From an uncultured Rivularia sp. (GTDB taxonomy: Bacteria > Cyanobacteriota > Cyanobacteriia > Cyanobacteriales > Nostocaceae): DNA of 64,000 nt. The stretch covers positions 4,896,001 to 4,960,000 of the forward strand of contig OY762007.1 of NCBI GenBank assembly GCA_963665115.1, written 5' to 3'. Positions within the stretch are counted from its first letter, which is position 1; each line of letters begins with the position of its first letter. Of this stretch, positions 1-10,398 are shown piece by piece. The translations under genes and the position numbers were made by a program. The notes under the pieces were generated by a model that saw only the letters and a program-made list of their open reading frames with translations, searched no databases and was not told where the DNA came from.

Positions 1-675
1 CAAAAATAGTAGAACTAAACCACTACCTAACCAAGGCTTAAAACCACTAAACGCAGAACCACCGAATATACCAAATAATGAGGCAAGACTGTAGAAGAAA
101 ATACAGCTAGCTGAAAGCATTAAGTAGAAACAGAATATATTACCCAAGGAAGTATTTCCACTTATTCCAGTCAAAATATGAAAAGGAATTGCGGCGATAA
201 CTGCTAGATAAATTAAAGCTGGAACACCTAATATTTTTCCAGCAAAGATACTTGTTTCCGACTGCGGACTGAGGCGAATAAAATTCAGAGTACCTTTACG
301 TTCTTCTTGTGATAAATCGTTAACTATTAAGTAAGTTCCCGCTACCAACAGCGTGAAAATAAAAATCATGCTGAGCGTTATAAATATATATCCAAAATGG
401 TCTTGCCACCACAATTGAATATCAATTTGATTTGTAGGACATCTCTCATAGCTGTAATTGTTTTGAGAGTTTAATTTGCAATATTTATCATTGATATAAA
501 CATTGCTATTACTACTTAAATTAGGAGCCTGTATGAAGTGGATTAGGAATAATATAAACTGAGTTGCAAAAGATGTTACTAAAGCTATAATTACGGGAAA
601 CTTTTTGAGACGACCTTTTAATTCCCTAAAAAGTTGTGGGTTCCATTCACCGACTTTATCGATTAAGTTAAACAT
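1..675 (-). CDS. ABC-2-type transporter permease, paralog of 801..2519 (runs off the left edge)
   Basis: Not in the ORF track. Manual translation MFNLIDKVGEWNPQLFRELKGRLKKFPVII...KYCKL...RCPTNQIDIQLWWQDH...EERKGTLNFIRLSPQSE is collinear with the next gene. Confidence 0.85.
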   Translation of the reverse strand, partial: MFNLIDKVGEWNPQLFRELKGRLKKFPVIIALVTSFATQFILFLIHFIQAPNLSSNSNVYINDKYCKLNSQNNYSYERCPTNQIDIQLWWQDHFGYIFITLSMIFIFTLLVAGTYLIVNDLSQEERKGTLNFIRLSPQSETSIFAGKILGVPALIYLAVIAAIPFHILTGISGNTSLGNIFCFYLMLSASCIFFYSLASLFGIFGGSAFSGFKPWLGSGLVLLFL

Positions 676-800
676 TTTATTAATTAGTTAAGAGTTAGGG
701 ATGAGGAGTTAGAAGTTGGACTTCAAAGCCTCCAGATAATTTGTAGGAGTAAGAAGAAAACGCAATTAAAACTGAAAAAATTAATTGCGAGATTTTAATC

Positions 801-2519
801 CTAAACTTTCGCTTGAGAAAACATTGCTTTAGTAGCAGATTCTCCGGCCAATCTAACTTGCTTGATTAAATACCAATTCAACAATCCTAAAATAACTACT
901 TGGCAAGCAAAAGCAGCAAATATTTCAGGAAATGTACAGTACTCAGCAGCGAACCAGAAAGCAACAGTGAATAGCCCAAAAATATTCTCGGGTTGAATGT
1001 TTAGAAACCCTGAGACTAATATCGGTAAAATGATTAATGCGCTTGTTGTACCCGCAGCCCATAAAACACGTTTAGAGTTTTTCAACATCAGCATGATTTG
1101 AGCAACTGTAGCGTAAATCATTATCAAACTTACAAAGACTAACAAGGTACCCAATAGTTTTGAAAAGTTTTCGGTGCTATGTAAGGTATCAATATTTGTC
1201 TCAAAAAATAGTATAACAACTGCACTTGCTGCAATTATTAAATTGATTGCTATTGCTAATATAGCCGGACTTTTTTCGCCGCCGATTAATTCTGACAGTA
1301 AAGATTTTTTGGAATAATCTGTTTTATGCTCCTCTTTATGGAATCGAAATCTTGCCCAATCTTGTATCGCTTGCCTCGGAGTTAACATCAGAGCAAATAA
1401 CGGCACAATTAAACACATATTCCATAAAAATAAAACAAACATATTTCCAGAAAACTGCCTCCAATAGCTACGATATTCGGAATAATTATAATCAATGGAA
1501 ACAAATAATCCGATAAGTACTATTTGAAAACAGGTGAAAATTAAGTAACTTTGCTGTTTGCTAAAAATCGTTGCATTAGGATTACGAAAACAACGTTTTA
1601 ATCCTTGCCAAGCCCAATATGTCCATAATGCGTAATTCGATAAATGTAGCGCAATTACACCAATAAAACTTTTTCCTACAGCAAAATTGAAGAACTTTAA
1701 TTCTTGTAATGCTGGAGTTTGAGAATTAAGAAAACCAGGAAAAAAATAATCAGCTATAGTCGTAGGGCTAAGTAATGCAGCAAAACCCATAAAGTTTACT
1801 AAGTCAGAATCCCTACTCTTGAACAATTCTGCTGATAAAAATAAAACTAGAAAAACGAAACCACTACCCAACCAGGGTTTAAAACCGCTCAATGCTGAAC
1901 CACCGAACACACCAAATAATAAAGCATAGCTATAAAAGGCAATACAGCTAGCAACAAGAATCAAATAAAAGCATAAAATATTGCCAAAAGGAAGATTCCC
2001 ATTTATTCCTGTCAATATATGAAAAGGAATTGCAGCTAGAACTACCAGATAAATTAAAACTGGAACTCCTAACATCTTTCCACTAAATATAGTAGTTTCT
2101 GATTGCGGACTTAGACGAATAAAATTTAGAGTACCTTTACGTTCTTCTTGAGATAAATCGTTAATTATCAAGTAAGCTCCTGCAACCAACAGCGTGAAAA
2201 GAAAAATCGCGCTGAGTGACAAGAACATATATTTCCAATGTTCTTGCCACCACAACTGCATATTAATTTGGTTGGGAGGGCAAGATACCATATTTCGATA
2301 TTCCTTTTTAAAACCCAATTTGCAAAATTTATCAAGAATATAAATATCAGTTTTACTCTCTAAATCGGGAATTTCTCGTAATTGATATAGAAATATTACT
2401 AATTGAGTAGCTAGAGATGTTACAAACGCGATAATAACGGGAAACGGCTTCAAACGACCTTTTAATTCTCGAAAAAGCTGTGGATTCCAATCGCCAATTT
2501 TATCAATTGAAGTAAGCAT
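801..2519 (-). CDS. ABC-2-type transporter permease subunit
   Basis: Multi-TM protein with WNPQLFRE and EERKGTLNFIRLSPQS motifs, directly downstream of an ABC ATPase. Confidence 0.85.
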   Translation of the reverse strand: MLTSIDKIGDWNPQLFRELKGRLKPFPVIIAFVTSLATQLVIFLYQLREIPDLESKTDIYILDKFCKLGFKKEYRNMVSCPPNQINMQLWWQEHWKYMFLSLSAIFLFTLLVAGAYLIINDLSQEERKGTLNFIRLSPQSETTIFSGKMLGVPVLIYLVVLAAIPFHILTGINGNLPFGNILCFYLILVASCIAFYSYALLFGVFGGSALSGFKPWLGSGFVFLVLFLSAELFKSRDSDLVNFMGFAALLSPTTIADYFFPGFLNSQTPALQELKFFNFAVGKSFIGVIALHLSNYALWTYWAWQGLKRCFRNPNATIFSKQQSYLIFTCFQIVLIGLFVSIDYNYSEYRSYWRQFSGNMFVLFLWNMCLIVPLFALMLTPRQAIQDWARFRFHKEEHKTDYSKKSLLSELIGGEKSPAILAIAINLIIAASAVVILFFETNIDTLHSTENFSKLLGTLLVFVSLIMIYATVAQIMLMLKNSKRVLWAAGTTSALIILPILVSGFLNIQPENIFGLFTVAFWFAAEYCTFPEIFAAFACQVVILGLLNWYLIKQVRLAGESATKAMFSQAKV

Positions 2520-2524
2520 GGTAT

Positions 2525-2631
2525 TAGATAGTTGATAGTTGATAGTTGTTAGTTGATAGTAATGAGGAATTAGGAGTTAGGAGTTATTATTTAACCTTTG
2601 ACCTCTAACCTTTAACCTTTGACCTTTAAAC
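2525..2631. repeat. Compound heptamer STRR (GATAGTT / GGAGTTA / TAACCTT-TGACCTT)
   Basis: Visible 7-nt tandem units fill the intergenic space. Confidence 0.8.
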
Positions 2632-3582
2632 TTAAGAAGCTTGTTTGTGTCCGAGTTTGAGGAAAATACTTTCTAAATCTTCTTGGGTACAGTGAAATTC
2701 ACTTAAAGGGATTCCGGCGGTGACAAGAGAACGCAATAAATCGGCTGAGTCTTTTTCTTCCCCAGTAAAGTTGATTTTGACGCTATTTTTATTTGCTAAT
2801 ACTTCCCACTCTTCAACCAAAGGATTATTTTTCAGTTCGCTTAATAGCGCTTCCTGTTTTCCTAAAGTTGAAATCACTATCTGCTGGGTAGCGCAACTTT
2901 TATAAAGTTCTTCGAGTGAAGTACTTTCAACTAAAAATCCGAGTTCCATAATTCCCACCGAAGTACATAATTCGGCTAAATCGCTCAAAACATGGGAGGA
3001 AATCAAAATTGTCATTCCCGCTTCCTGCAATACTTTGATGATTTCCCGAAACTGCATTCTAGCAATGGGATCGAGTCCGGAAACTGGTTCGTCGAGCAGC
3101 AGTATAATTGGCTCGTGAATAATCGTTCGAGCCAAACACAGCCGCTGTTTCATCCCCCTTGATAGAGTTGAAATTAAACTATTACGCTTATTTTCTAGTT
3201 GGATTAACTCTAAAACTTCATGTAATCGTTTAGTACGCTTGGGTTCTTTGAGAAGATATAACCGAGCGAAATAATCCAGATAATCCCAAACAGTTAGCTC
3301 CTTATATAAAGGATAGTCATCCGGTAAATAACCCAAACGACGCTTCAGGGTTGGATTTGTTTTATCCCGACGCAGGCGATCGCCATTTAAATAAATTTCT
3401 CCTGCGGTTGGTTCCTCCGCTGCTGCTAACATCCGAATCAGCGATGTTTTCCCAGCGCCGTTTGGTCCGATGAGTCCGTAAACCTCACCTTCACCTATTT
3501 CTAAATCAATATTGTTAACGGCTATATGTTTGTCAAATTGTTTATATAGCCCACTGGTGCGAATTGCTAATTCTTTGACCAT
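2632..3582 (-). CDS. ABC transporter ATP-binding protein (ABC-2/CcmA-like)
   Basis: Walker A GPNGAGKT, signature LSRGMKQR, Walker B LLLDEP, H-loop ISSH. Confidence 0.95.
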   Translation of the reverse strand: MVKELAIRTSGLYKQFDKHIAVNNIDLEIGEGEVYGLIGPNGAGKTSLIRMLAAAEEPTAGEIYLNGDRLRRDKTNPTLKRRLGYLPDDYPLYKELTVWDYLDYFARLYLLKEPKRTKRLHEVLELIQLENKRNSLISTLSRGMKQRLCLARTIIHEPIILLLDEPVSGLDPIARMQFREIIKVLQEAGMTILISSHVLSDLAELCTSVGIMELGFLVESTSLEELYKSCATQQIVISTLGKQEALLSELKNNPLVEEWEVLANKNSVKINFTGEEKDSADLLRSLVTAGIPLSEFHCTQEDLESIFLKLGHKQAS

Positions 3583-3953
3583 TATTTTTAACGTCAGATT
3601 TATTGTTTATCAACTAACTTAACTGTTCCCTACAGCTTTGACATGAGTGATTTCGAGGATTAATAATTATTTTTTCTTAAATTTTTCCTAAAACTTCAAT
3701 TTTTCACTGTATTTACTTCTTAAAACTGAAAAATATAAATCCTGTTTAACTCGAAAGTATTTTCTGTTTTTAATAAATAATATTAAGTTAATTTAAGTTA
3801 AATAAACATATTCTGATATTCAACAACAATATTTCAATATCACTGCGACTTGCTATTAGTCGAAATAAAAAGGGACAACACCACTCTACAAATAGGTACA
3901 GTTGCCCGGTATGATATTAAATCTGCCCAATTTAACAAATATGTAAAAACACT

Positions 3954-5039
3954 ATGACCCAGAACTACCGCATTACCTTACTTCCCGGCGATGGCATTGG
4001 TCCCGAAATCATGGCAGTAGCGGTAAATGTACTCAAAGTCGTAGGAAAGAAGTTTGATATACAGTTTGAATTTCAAGAAGCCTTAATTGGTGGTGCGGCA
4101 ATAGATGCAACTGGCGAACCTTTACCGGAAGCGACATTAAACAGTTGTCGCGGTAGCGATGCAGTTTTACTCGCTGCGATCGGTGGTTATAAATGGGATG
4201 AATTACCATCCGATAAACGTCCCGAAGCAGGTTTATTAGGATTGCGTGCTGGTTTAGAATTATTTGCAAATTTACGTCCGGCAAAAATCATACCCCAGTT
4301 AATTGACGCTTCAACTCTCAAAAAAGAAGTTGTAGAAGGCGTTGATATTATGGTGGTGCGCGAATTGACTGGTGGAATCTATTTTGGTAAACCCAAAGGA
4401 GTTTTTGAAACGGAAACTGGCGAAAAGCGTGGAATAAATACAATGGCGTATACTGAAGCGGAAATTGAACGCATTGGTAAAGTCGCTTTTGACGCAGCCC
4501 GCAAACGAGGAGGAAAACTCTGTTCTGTAGATAAAGCCAACGTTTTGGAAGTATCTCAACTGTGGCGCAGCAAAATTACCAAACTGGCTGAAGAATACCA
4601 AGATGTAGAATTAAGCCACCTTTATGTAGATAATGCTGCCATGCAGCTACTACGCGCTCCCAAACAGTTTGATACTATCGTTACCGGCAACTTATTCGGC
4701 GATATTCTTTCCGATGCGGCAGCCATGCTTACCGGCAGTATTGGTATGTTACCATCTGCTAGTCTAGGAGCAAATGCACCAGGAGTATTTGAACCAGTTC
4801 ATGGTTCAGCCCCTGATATTGCCCGACAAGATAAAGCCAATCCTTTAGCACAAATCTTGAGTGCAGCAATGATGCTACGCTACGGTTTAAACCAAGCGGA
4901 TGCAGCAGACTACATCGAAAAGGCAGTGTTTCAAGTATTACAGACAGGTTTCCGTACCGGAGATATTATGTCCGAAGGAATGAATCATGTGGGTTGCCAA
5001 GCTATGGGTGAAGCACTGATTCAAGCTTTAGAAAAGTAA
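3954..5039 (+). CDS. leuB: 3-isopropylmalate dehydrogenase
   Basis: [26 protein letters not shown] and [11 protein letters not shown] motifs. Confidence 0.97.
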   Translation: MTQNYRITLLPGDGIGPEIMAVAVNVLKVVGKKFDIQFEFQEALIGGAAIDATGEPLPEATLNSCRGSDAVLLAAIGGYKWDELPSDKRPEAGLLGLRAGLELFANLRPAKIIPQLIDASTLKKEVVEGVDIMVVRELTGGIYFGKPKGVFETETGEKRGINTMAYTEAEIERIGKVAFDAARKRGGKLCSVDKANVLEVSQLWRSKITKLAEEYQDVELSHLYVDNAAMQLLRAPKQFDTIVTGNLFGDILSDAAAMLTGSIGMLPSASLGANAPGVFEPVHGSAPDIARQDKANPLAQILSAAMMLRYGLNQADAADYIEKAVFQVLQTGFRTGDIMSEGMNHVGCQAMGEALIQALEK

Positions 5040-5173
5040 TTAGAAAAATAATTACCAAAATAATTAGGAAAATAACTAATTTTCTAATTTCCGTCGGAAT
5101 CAATTAGTCTCCCATTACCGGAAACTTTTGGATAAACTTAATTGCAAACCTAGTCATAAAACAAAAGTAATTC

Positions 5174-5434
5174 GTGTACGCATTACGACAAGGGCAAGAA
5201 AATTTTACAAATCCCGTAACGCAATCTCCGTTGATTGACTCTTCTATCATCAGAGCGGCGGGCCAAATTTACTATACATACTGCGAAGTGCATCCAGAAA
5301 TCGCTGGACAACCTTCAGGAGTAGCGATTAATCGCGGCAATCATCGAGGAAAAGTAATTTTTACACAACAACCAGTTCTTTTACCCCAAGAGTGTTTCGT
5401 TCCATTGAATCAAATCGAATCTCATATGTATTAA
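5174..5434 (+). CDS. Small hypothetical protein
   Basis: 86-aa GTG-start ORF between leuB and pilD with protein-like composition (GVAINR...GKVIF...LLPQECFVP). Confidence 0.65.
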   Translation: MYALRQGQENFTNPVTQSPLIDSSIIRAAGQIYYTYCEVHPEIAGQPSGVAINRGNHRGKVIFTQQPVLLPQECFVPLNQIESHMY

Positions 5435-5621
5435 GAGTTAGTTGTTAGTGGTTAGTGGTTAGTTGTTAGGAGTTATCGGATTTTGGATCAAAAATTCTAC
5501 CCCCTCTACCCCCTCTACCCATTCCCAATTTTTCGTCAATCAAAGTTACGTACAATCCGGGTAATTACTAATTACTAATTAAGAATTACGAATTACTTTG
5601 GACGAATGATTTTGGGATAAC

Positions 5622-6452
5622 TTGATGGATGAGTGGATTGCCGTACCGGCAAGTTTGATTGTTTTCTTATTAGGTGCATCTATTGGCAGCTTTATCAACG
5701 TTGTAGTTTATCGATTACCAGCTGGTTTGTCGATTCTTCATCCTCCTTCCCGATGTCCCCGTTGCTTAAATCGGCTAAAAGCTTACGATAATGTTCCGGT
5801 ATTGGGTTGGCTGTGGTTGCGGGGGCGTTGTCGCTACTGTAAAAATAAAATCTCTCCTCGTTATCCAATTGTAGAAGCGGTTACGGGGATAATATTCGTA
5901 CTGGTTTTTGTAATATTTCAATTTTCGCCATTAACAATCGGTTATTGGCTATTTTGTAGCTGGTTATTAGCGCTATCTATAATTGACTTAGACACGATGA
6001 CACTACCTGGAGAACTTACAAAATCGGGTTTAATGTTGGGTATTTTGTTTCAAATGATATTAGGATTCACTTCAGAGTCTGGTTGGTTGGGATTAGTCAA
6101 TCAAATGATGCTAGCAATCGCAGCAGCAGTTTTAGGGCTATGGTTGTTTGATGGAATTGCCCGTATAGGTACGATTATTTTTCGCAAAGATGCAATGGGC
6201 GCAGGAGATGCCAAATTAGCAGCCATGATGGGAGCTTGGCTGGGTTGGAAATATTTGCTTTTAGCTAGCTTTATTGCTTGTATTGCCGGAGTTGCAGTAG
6301 AAAGTTCCGCCATTCTCCTAGCACAGAAAAACTTAAAAAGAAATAAACCCTTTCCTTTTGGTCCCTACTTAGCCCTGGGTTCGGCGATCGCCCTTTTTAG
6401 CGGTGAAGCAATTTTATCTACTTATTTACAATTATTTTTTCAAGGAAACTGA
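5622..6452 (+). CDS. pilD: Prepilin peptidase / N-methyltransferase (A24)
   Basis: GSFINVVVYRLP, two CxxC pairs (CPRC, CRYC), catalytic Asp in IIDL and MGAGDAKL, PFGPYL. Confidence 0.95.
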   Translation: MMDEWIAVPASLIVFLLGASIGSFINVVVYRLPAGLSILHPPSRCPRCLNRLKAYDNVPVLGWLWLRGRCRYCKNKISPRYPIVEAVTGIIFVLVFVIFQFSPLTIGYWLFCSWLLALSIIDLDTMTLPGELTKSGLMLGILFQMILGFTSESGWLGLVNQMMLAIAAAVLGLWLFDGIARIGTIIFRKDAMGAGDAKLAAMMGAWLGWKYLLLASFIACIAGVAVESSAILLAQKNLKRNKPFPFGPYLALGSAIALFSGEAILSTYLQLFFQGN

Positions 6453-6467
6453 GTGAAAGGGGGAGAT

Positions 6468-6581
6468 TATTAAAGTAGTGAGTAATGAGTAGCGAGTAAA
6501 AATAGACGGGCAGAAGCAGCGATATTAAAGTAGTGAGTAATGAGTAGCGAGTAAAAATAGACGGGCAGAAGCAGCGATATT
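6468..6581. repeat. Exact 55-bp tandem duplication within a dispersed intergenic element
   Basis: TATTAAAGTAGTGAGTAATGAGTAGCGAGTAAAAATAGACGGGCAGAAGCAGCGA occurs at 6468 and 6523. A related single copy lies on the minus strand at about 49945-50005. Confidence 0.9.
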
Positions 6582-6588
6582 TATGACA

Positions 6589-6765
6589 TAAGCTTTTATG
6601 CACTTAATTTGTATAGTACCCTTCGTGCAAGATGCTTGTCCTGGCGGACAGGCTGCGTTAGCGGAGCGAGACGATAGTCTTAGGCAGCACTACGGTATTT
6701 TCAACTTTATGTCCTTCGGACACGCTGCGCTAATGCATTATACAATTTAGCTGCACATCAGCTTA
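6589..6765. mobile_element. MITE-like element with 27-bp imperfect terminal inverted repeats and TA ends
   Basis: Left end TAAGCTTTTATGCACTTAATTTGTATA versus reverse complement of right end TAAGCTGATGTGCAGCTAAATTGTATA (21/27 match). It is absent from the homologous host element at about 49.9 kb. Confidence 0.7.
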
Positions 6766-6780
6766 ATAATAAAAAGTGAT

Positions 6781-6880
6781 TTACTTGCTACTCTCTACTT
6801 GCTACTTGCTACTTGCTACTCTCTACTTGCTACTTGCTACTTGCTACTTGCTACTCCCTACTCCCTACTCCCTACTCCTA
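6781..6880. repeat. Heptamer STRR (CTTGCTA / CTCTCTA / CTCCCTA)
   Basis: Visible tandem units. Confidence 0.9.
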
Positions 6881-7312
6881 ACTGCTCGCTGGTAACTGTT
6901 CCCTGTTCCCTAATAGCTGTAAAATTCATTACGGGCTGCTGGACGCTGTTTTCGGACTTGCAAGTTATTGCCAGCAAACCGAGAAACTTTGTTTTTAGAT
7001 AATGTGTCTTGGAATATTTATCACAAGCATGAAGGGTTGCATCGTCCGTTGTGAACTGCATTACTGTTGAGTTGGTTATACAAACATATATTATAAGACT
7101 TGAATTGTTTTACATATTTTCGTTAAGCTGACAAGCACGGATGATTAACTCCTTGCCTCTATTGCTTAGAAAACATTGAGGAATAATATAAGTGTCTCGT
7201 ATGAAAAGTTATATATTTTTAATATTGTTTAACATTCATGCAAAAGACAGAATATAACATTCCCCGTATTCTTGACTAAATTTGACATATAATTCACTTG
7301 CATAAGATACAA

Positions 7313-8281
7313 ATGGCAAACAACGACGAAACACGCGGTTTTAAATCTTTATTTGATTGGTTTGCGAACCGACGTAAAACGGAATCTATTGGTGTTGAAC
7401 GTCAAGAACGTGAAATTGCTGATGGATTGTGGCACAAATGCACTAAATGTAGTGTATTGACCTATACGAAAGACTTGAAAGCAAATCTAATGGTTTGTAG
7501 CGAATGCGGACATCATAATCGAGTTAATAGCGATGAACGCATCCGTCAAATTGTAGATGCTAATACCTGGATGGAAATGGATGAACATTTGCTTCCTACA
7601 GATCCCTTGCAATTTCACGATCGCAAACCCTACAGCGATCGTTTGCGAGATATGCAACAAAAAACTGGTTTAACAGATGCTGTTAAAACGGGTTTGGGAG
7701 AAATAAATGGTTTACCTCTCGCTTTAGGTGTAATGGACTTCCGGTTCATCGGTGCTAGCATGGGTTCTGTTGTCGGAGAAAAGCTGACACGTTTAATCGA
7801 ACAAGCTACCCAGCGATGCTACCCTGTAATTATTATCTGTACTTCTGGTGGAGCCAGAATGCAGGAAGGATTGCTCTCTTTGATGCAGATGGCAAAAATT
7901 TCAGCAGCATTAGAACTTCATCGTCAACAAAAACTTCTCTACATTCCTGTCTTGACTAATCCTACAACTGGTGGAGTAACTGCAAGTTTTGCCATGTTGG
8001 GCGATATAATTTTGGCAGAGCCAAAAGCAACTATTGGTTTCGCAGGTAGACGAGTAATTGAACAAACCCTGCGAGAAAAATTGCCTGAAGATTTTCAAAG
8101 TGCGGAAGATTTACTCAAGCATGGCTTTGTAGATGACATCGTTCCCCGCACTCAATTAAAGAAAACTTTGACACAATTAATCGCTTTACATCAACCACCC
8201 TCAATGAGCGCAAATAACAGTTTAGTTGTATGGGAAACAACGAAAAACTTTAGCCACAGTGTTGTTAACAGCGAACAGTAG
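7313..8281 (+). CDS. accD: Acetyl-CoA carboxylase carboxyltransferase beta subunit
   Basis: Zn ribbon CxxC...Cxx[34 protein letters not shown] at 7313 preferred over the upstream TTG. Confidence 0.97.
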   Translation: MANNDETRGFKSLFDWFANRRKTESIGVERQEREIADGLWHKCTKCSVLTYTKDLKANLMVCSECGHHNRVNSDERIRQIVDANTWMEMDEHLLPTDPLQFHDRKPYSDRLRDMQQKTGLTDAVKTGLGEINGLPLALGVMDFRFIGASMGSVVGEKLTRLIEQATQRCYPVIIICTSGGARMQEGLLSLMQMAKISAALELHRQQKLLYIPVLTNPTTGGVTASFAMLGDIILAEPKATIGFAGRRVIEQTLREKLPEDFQSAEDLLKHGFVDDIVPRTQLKKTLTQLIALHQPPSMSANNSLVVWETTKNFSHSVVNSEQ

Positions 8282-8393
8282 TCAATCAACAAAGTAGTCA
8301 ATCAACAATGAACAATTATCAATTATCAAAGTTTTATAGACGCGATTGCTGATAATTTGATAATCCATAAATCTAGTTGGTACAAAAAATTAA

Positions 8394-8420
8394 TAGAGAC
8401 GTAAGATTTTACGTCTCTAC
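8394..8420. repeat. GTAG-type REP-like palindrome (GTAGAGACGT...ACGTCTCTAC family)
   Basis: TAGAGACGTAA-GATT-TTACGTCTCTAC. Further copies at 41082, 43825, 48384 and 54055. Confidence 0.8.
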
Positions 8421-8522
8421 ATCAAAAAAAAGATTTATCTGTTGTTTTACAGCTCGATATAAATTACCGTTGTGAACCTTGCAAGTGAATATTCTTCACT
8501 GTTCATTGATAATTGTTAACTG

Positions 8523-10037
8523 TTAACTGTTAACTGGTAACTGCAATTTACGGAAACCTTGAAATATCTTGGTTAAAGATTGTCTCCGAGCTTCTTGTAC
8601 AAACAAAAGTGGAACGAGTGCTATTAAACGGAACCCTACAGACATCATAAATAATCCCGATAAGCCTCCTGCAAAGGCATTTTCTGCAATAAAACCGCCG
8701 ATTGTTGTGCCAATTGCACCGCTAGCACCAGCAGCAGCAGCAGCGGTTGCAAAGTAAACTGACTGCATTCTTACGGGTGCAATACTTATCTGTATATTGT
8801 TGCTGCATAACTCAATTGCTGCGGTGGTACCTCCGATGAGAATATGCAGTAAAGGCAACCACAACCAAATACTTAAAGTATCTACACCAATTCCCACCCA
8901 TAAAAGTGGAATTACTGCAACCAAGATTCCAACTAAAAATAAGATGGTACGATTTCCTACTTTGTCAGCTAATTTTCCCCATAAAATCAGCATTAACATT
9001 CCAGCACCGGCTTGAAAACTACCGTAAACACTCACCCAACTGACATCGATGTCTAGGGTATCCAACATATAAAGATTAAAAAATGGCGTACTCAGGTTGA
9101 AAGCAAACATCCATAAACTGAAGTAAGCCAAGAATATTAAAAAATTTGAGTCCTTCCACATACTGGGAGGCTGGTTGGAATTTCGATTTGTAATTTCTGA
9201 AGCTTGGGAAACAGCCACAAAATTATCTTCTTTTTCTGTATTATTTGAAGCTTTATTTTTATTAAAATCTTTTATTTCCGAATCATTATGAGACTTGGGA
9301 TTAATATCTGCCTTCAAAAACTGACAAGCAAGACTTGCCACACCAGCAACCAAACCCAAAATCAAAACTAATCCATAACCTTGCATCGTACCACCAGGCC
9401 AAAAACTGACTATCAAACCAGCTACTGGTACACAAAGCAATCTTGTAAAGCTAGCCATACTATTTCGTACACCGAAATACCTTCCTCGTAACTGCCGAGG
9501 AACCAGCATTGCCATCCAACTTAACCAAGATGCACTTCCTAAAGCTGTTAATACGTGACTCGCTAAAATTACTAACAGCGTTAAAATAACTACCTGGTGA
9601 TTTTGCAAATCTCCCCAACCCCAACTCGCTGCACCAATGGCGATCGCCAAAAATAACCATACGAATCTAGCAGCACCATGAGTCCAAAGACAGTAGCTGT
9701 GACGGCTATCGAGACGCTCGGAAACGTAAGCACCTAAAGGCTGCAAGAGATTTACCAACATGGGAATGGAAGAAAGCATCCCAATCTGTACGGCATTTGC
9801 ACCTAACTCTACTAAAAAGTTACTTAACAGGATTCCAGTAGTAGTGATATCAAATACCGCAGCAAATACTCCATCCGCAGTTGAAGCTTTCAAGCTTTTA
9901 CGGATGTCATTTTTAGAAATTCTTTGATTTTGAGAAACTTGAATTTTGTAGCTTTCAGAAAGTACTGACGGTAAAAGAGTACTCTGAGTGTTTTCCGGAA
10001 CTTCAAGAAATTCTGTATTTACCTGAACAGATTGCAT
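8523..10037 (-). CDS. MFS transporter
   Basis: About 12 TM segments, with motif A-like GKLADKVGNR and RQLRGRYFGVR. Confidence 0.9.
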   Translation of the reverse strand: MQSVQVNTEFLEVPENTQSTLLPSVLSESYKIQVSQNQRISKNDIRKSLKASTADGVFAAVFDITTTGILLSNFLVELGANAVQIGMLSSIPMLVNLLQPLGAYVSERLDSRHSYCLWTHGAARFVWLFLAIAIGAASWGWGDLQNHQVVILTLLVILASHVLTALGSASWLSWMAMLVPRQLRGRYFGVRNSMASFTRLLCVPVAGLIVSFWPGGTMQGYGLVLILGLVAGVASLACQFLKADINPKSHNDSEIKDFNKNKASNNTEKEDNFVAVSQASEITNRNSNQPPSMWKDSNFLIFLAYFSLWMFAFNLSTPFFNLYMLDTLDIDVSWVSVYGSFQAGAGMLMLILWGKLADKVGNRTILFLVGILVAVIPLLWVGIGVDTLSIWLWLPLLHILIGGTTAAIELCSNNIQISIAPVRMQSVYFATAAAAAGASGAIGTTIGGFIAENAFAGGLSGLFMMSVGFRLIALVPLLFVQEARRQSLTKIFQGFRKLQLPVNS

Positions 10038-10398
10038 TAGCCACCCTTCGGAATAGTTGTTTTTAAATGACCAGCTATTTAAATGTTTTTAACTGTCGTG
10101 CAGACAAACTTCTGTTAATCTTACATTACAAAAGTTCATAAAGATATATATAAGTACAAATTAAGAATAGTATTATTCGCAATTTTTTAAACATTATAGG
10201 ATTGGTTTGAGCGAAAAATCCTCACAAAGTAATAGTTTTAGTCAATATTTTTTCTCTCCGAAGTTATAAATATTAAAAAACTATAAAATATCTTCAAAAA
10301 GATTTGTGACGCTGGTATTGTATGTCGCCGATCGAATCTGCCAGCAATTCATTGATAATTAACTTAGGCTCAATATCTTGTTTGCTAACCGAATCGTC

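Noticed and set aside
6468..6581. Possible mini-CRISPR array
   Set aside because: Two head-to-tail 55-bp copies with no unique spacer and no cas genes.
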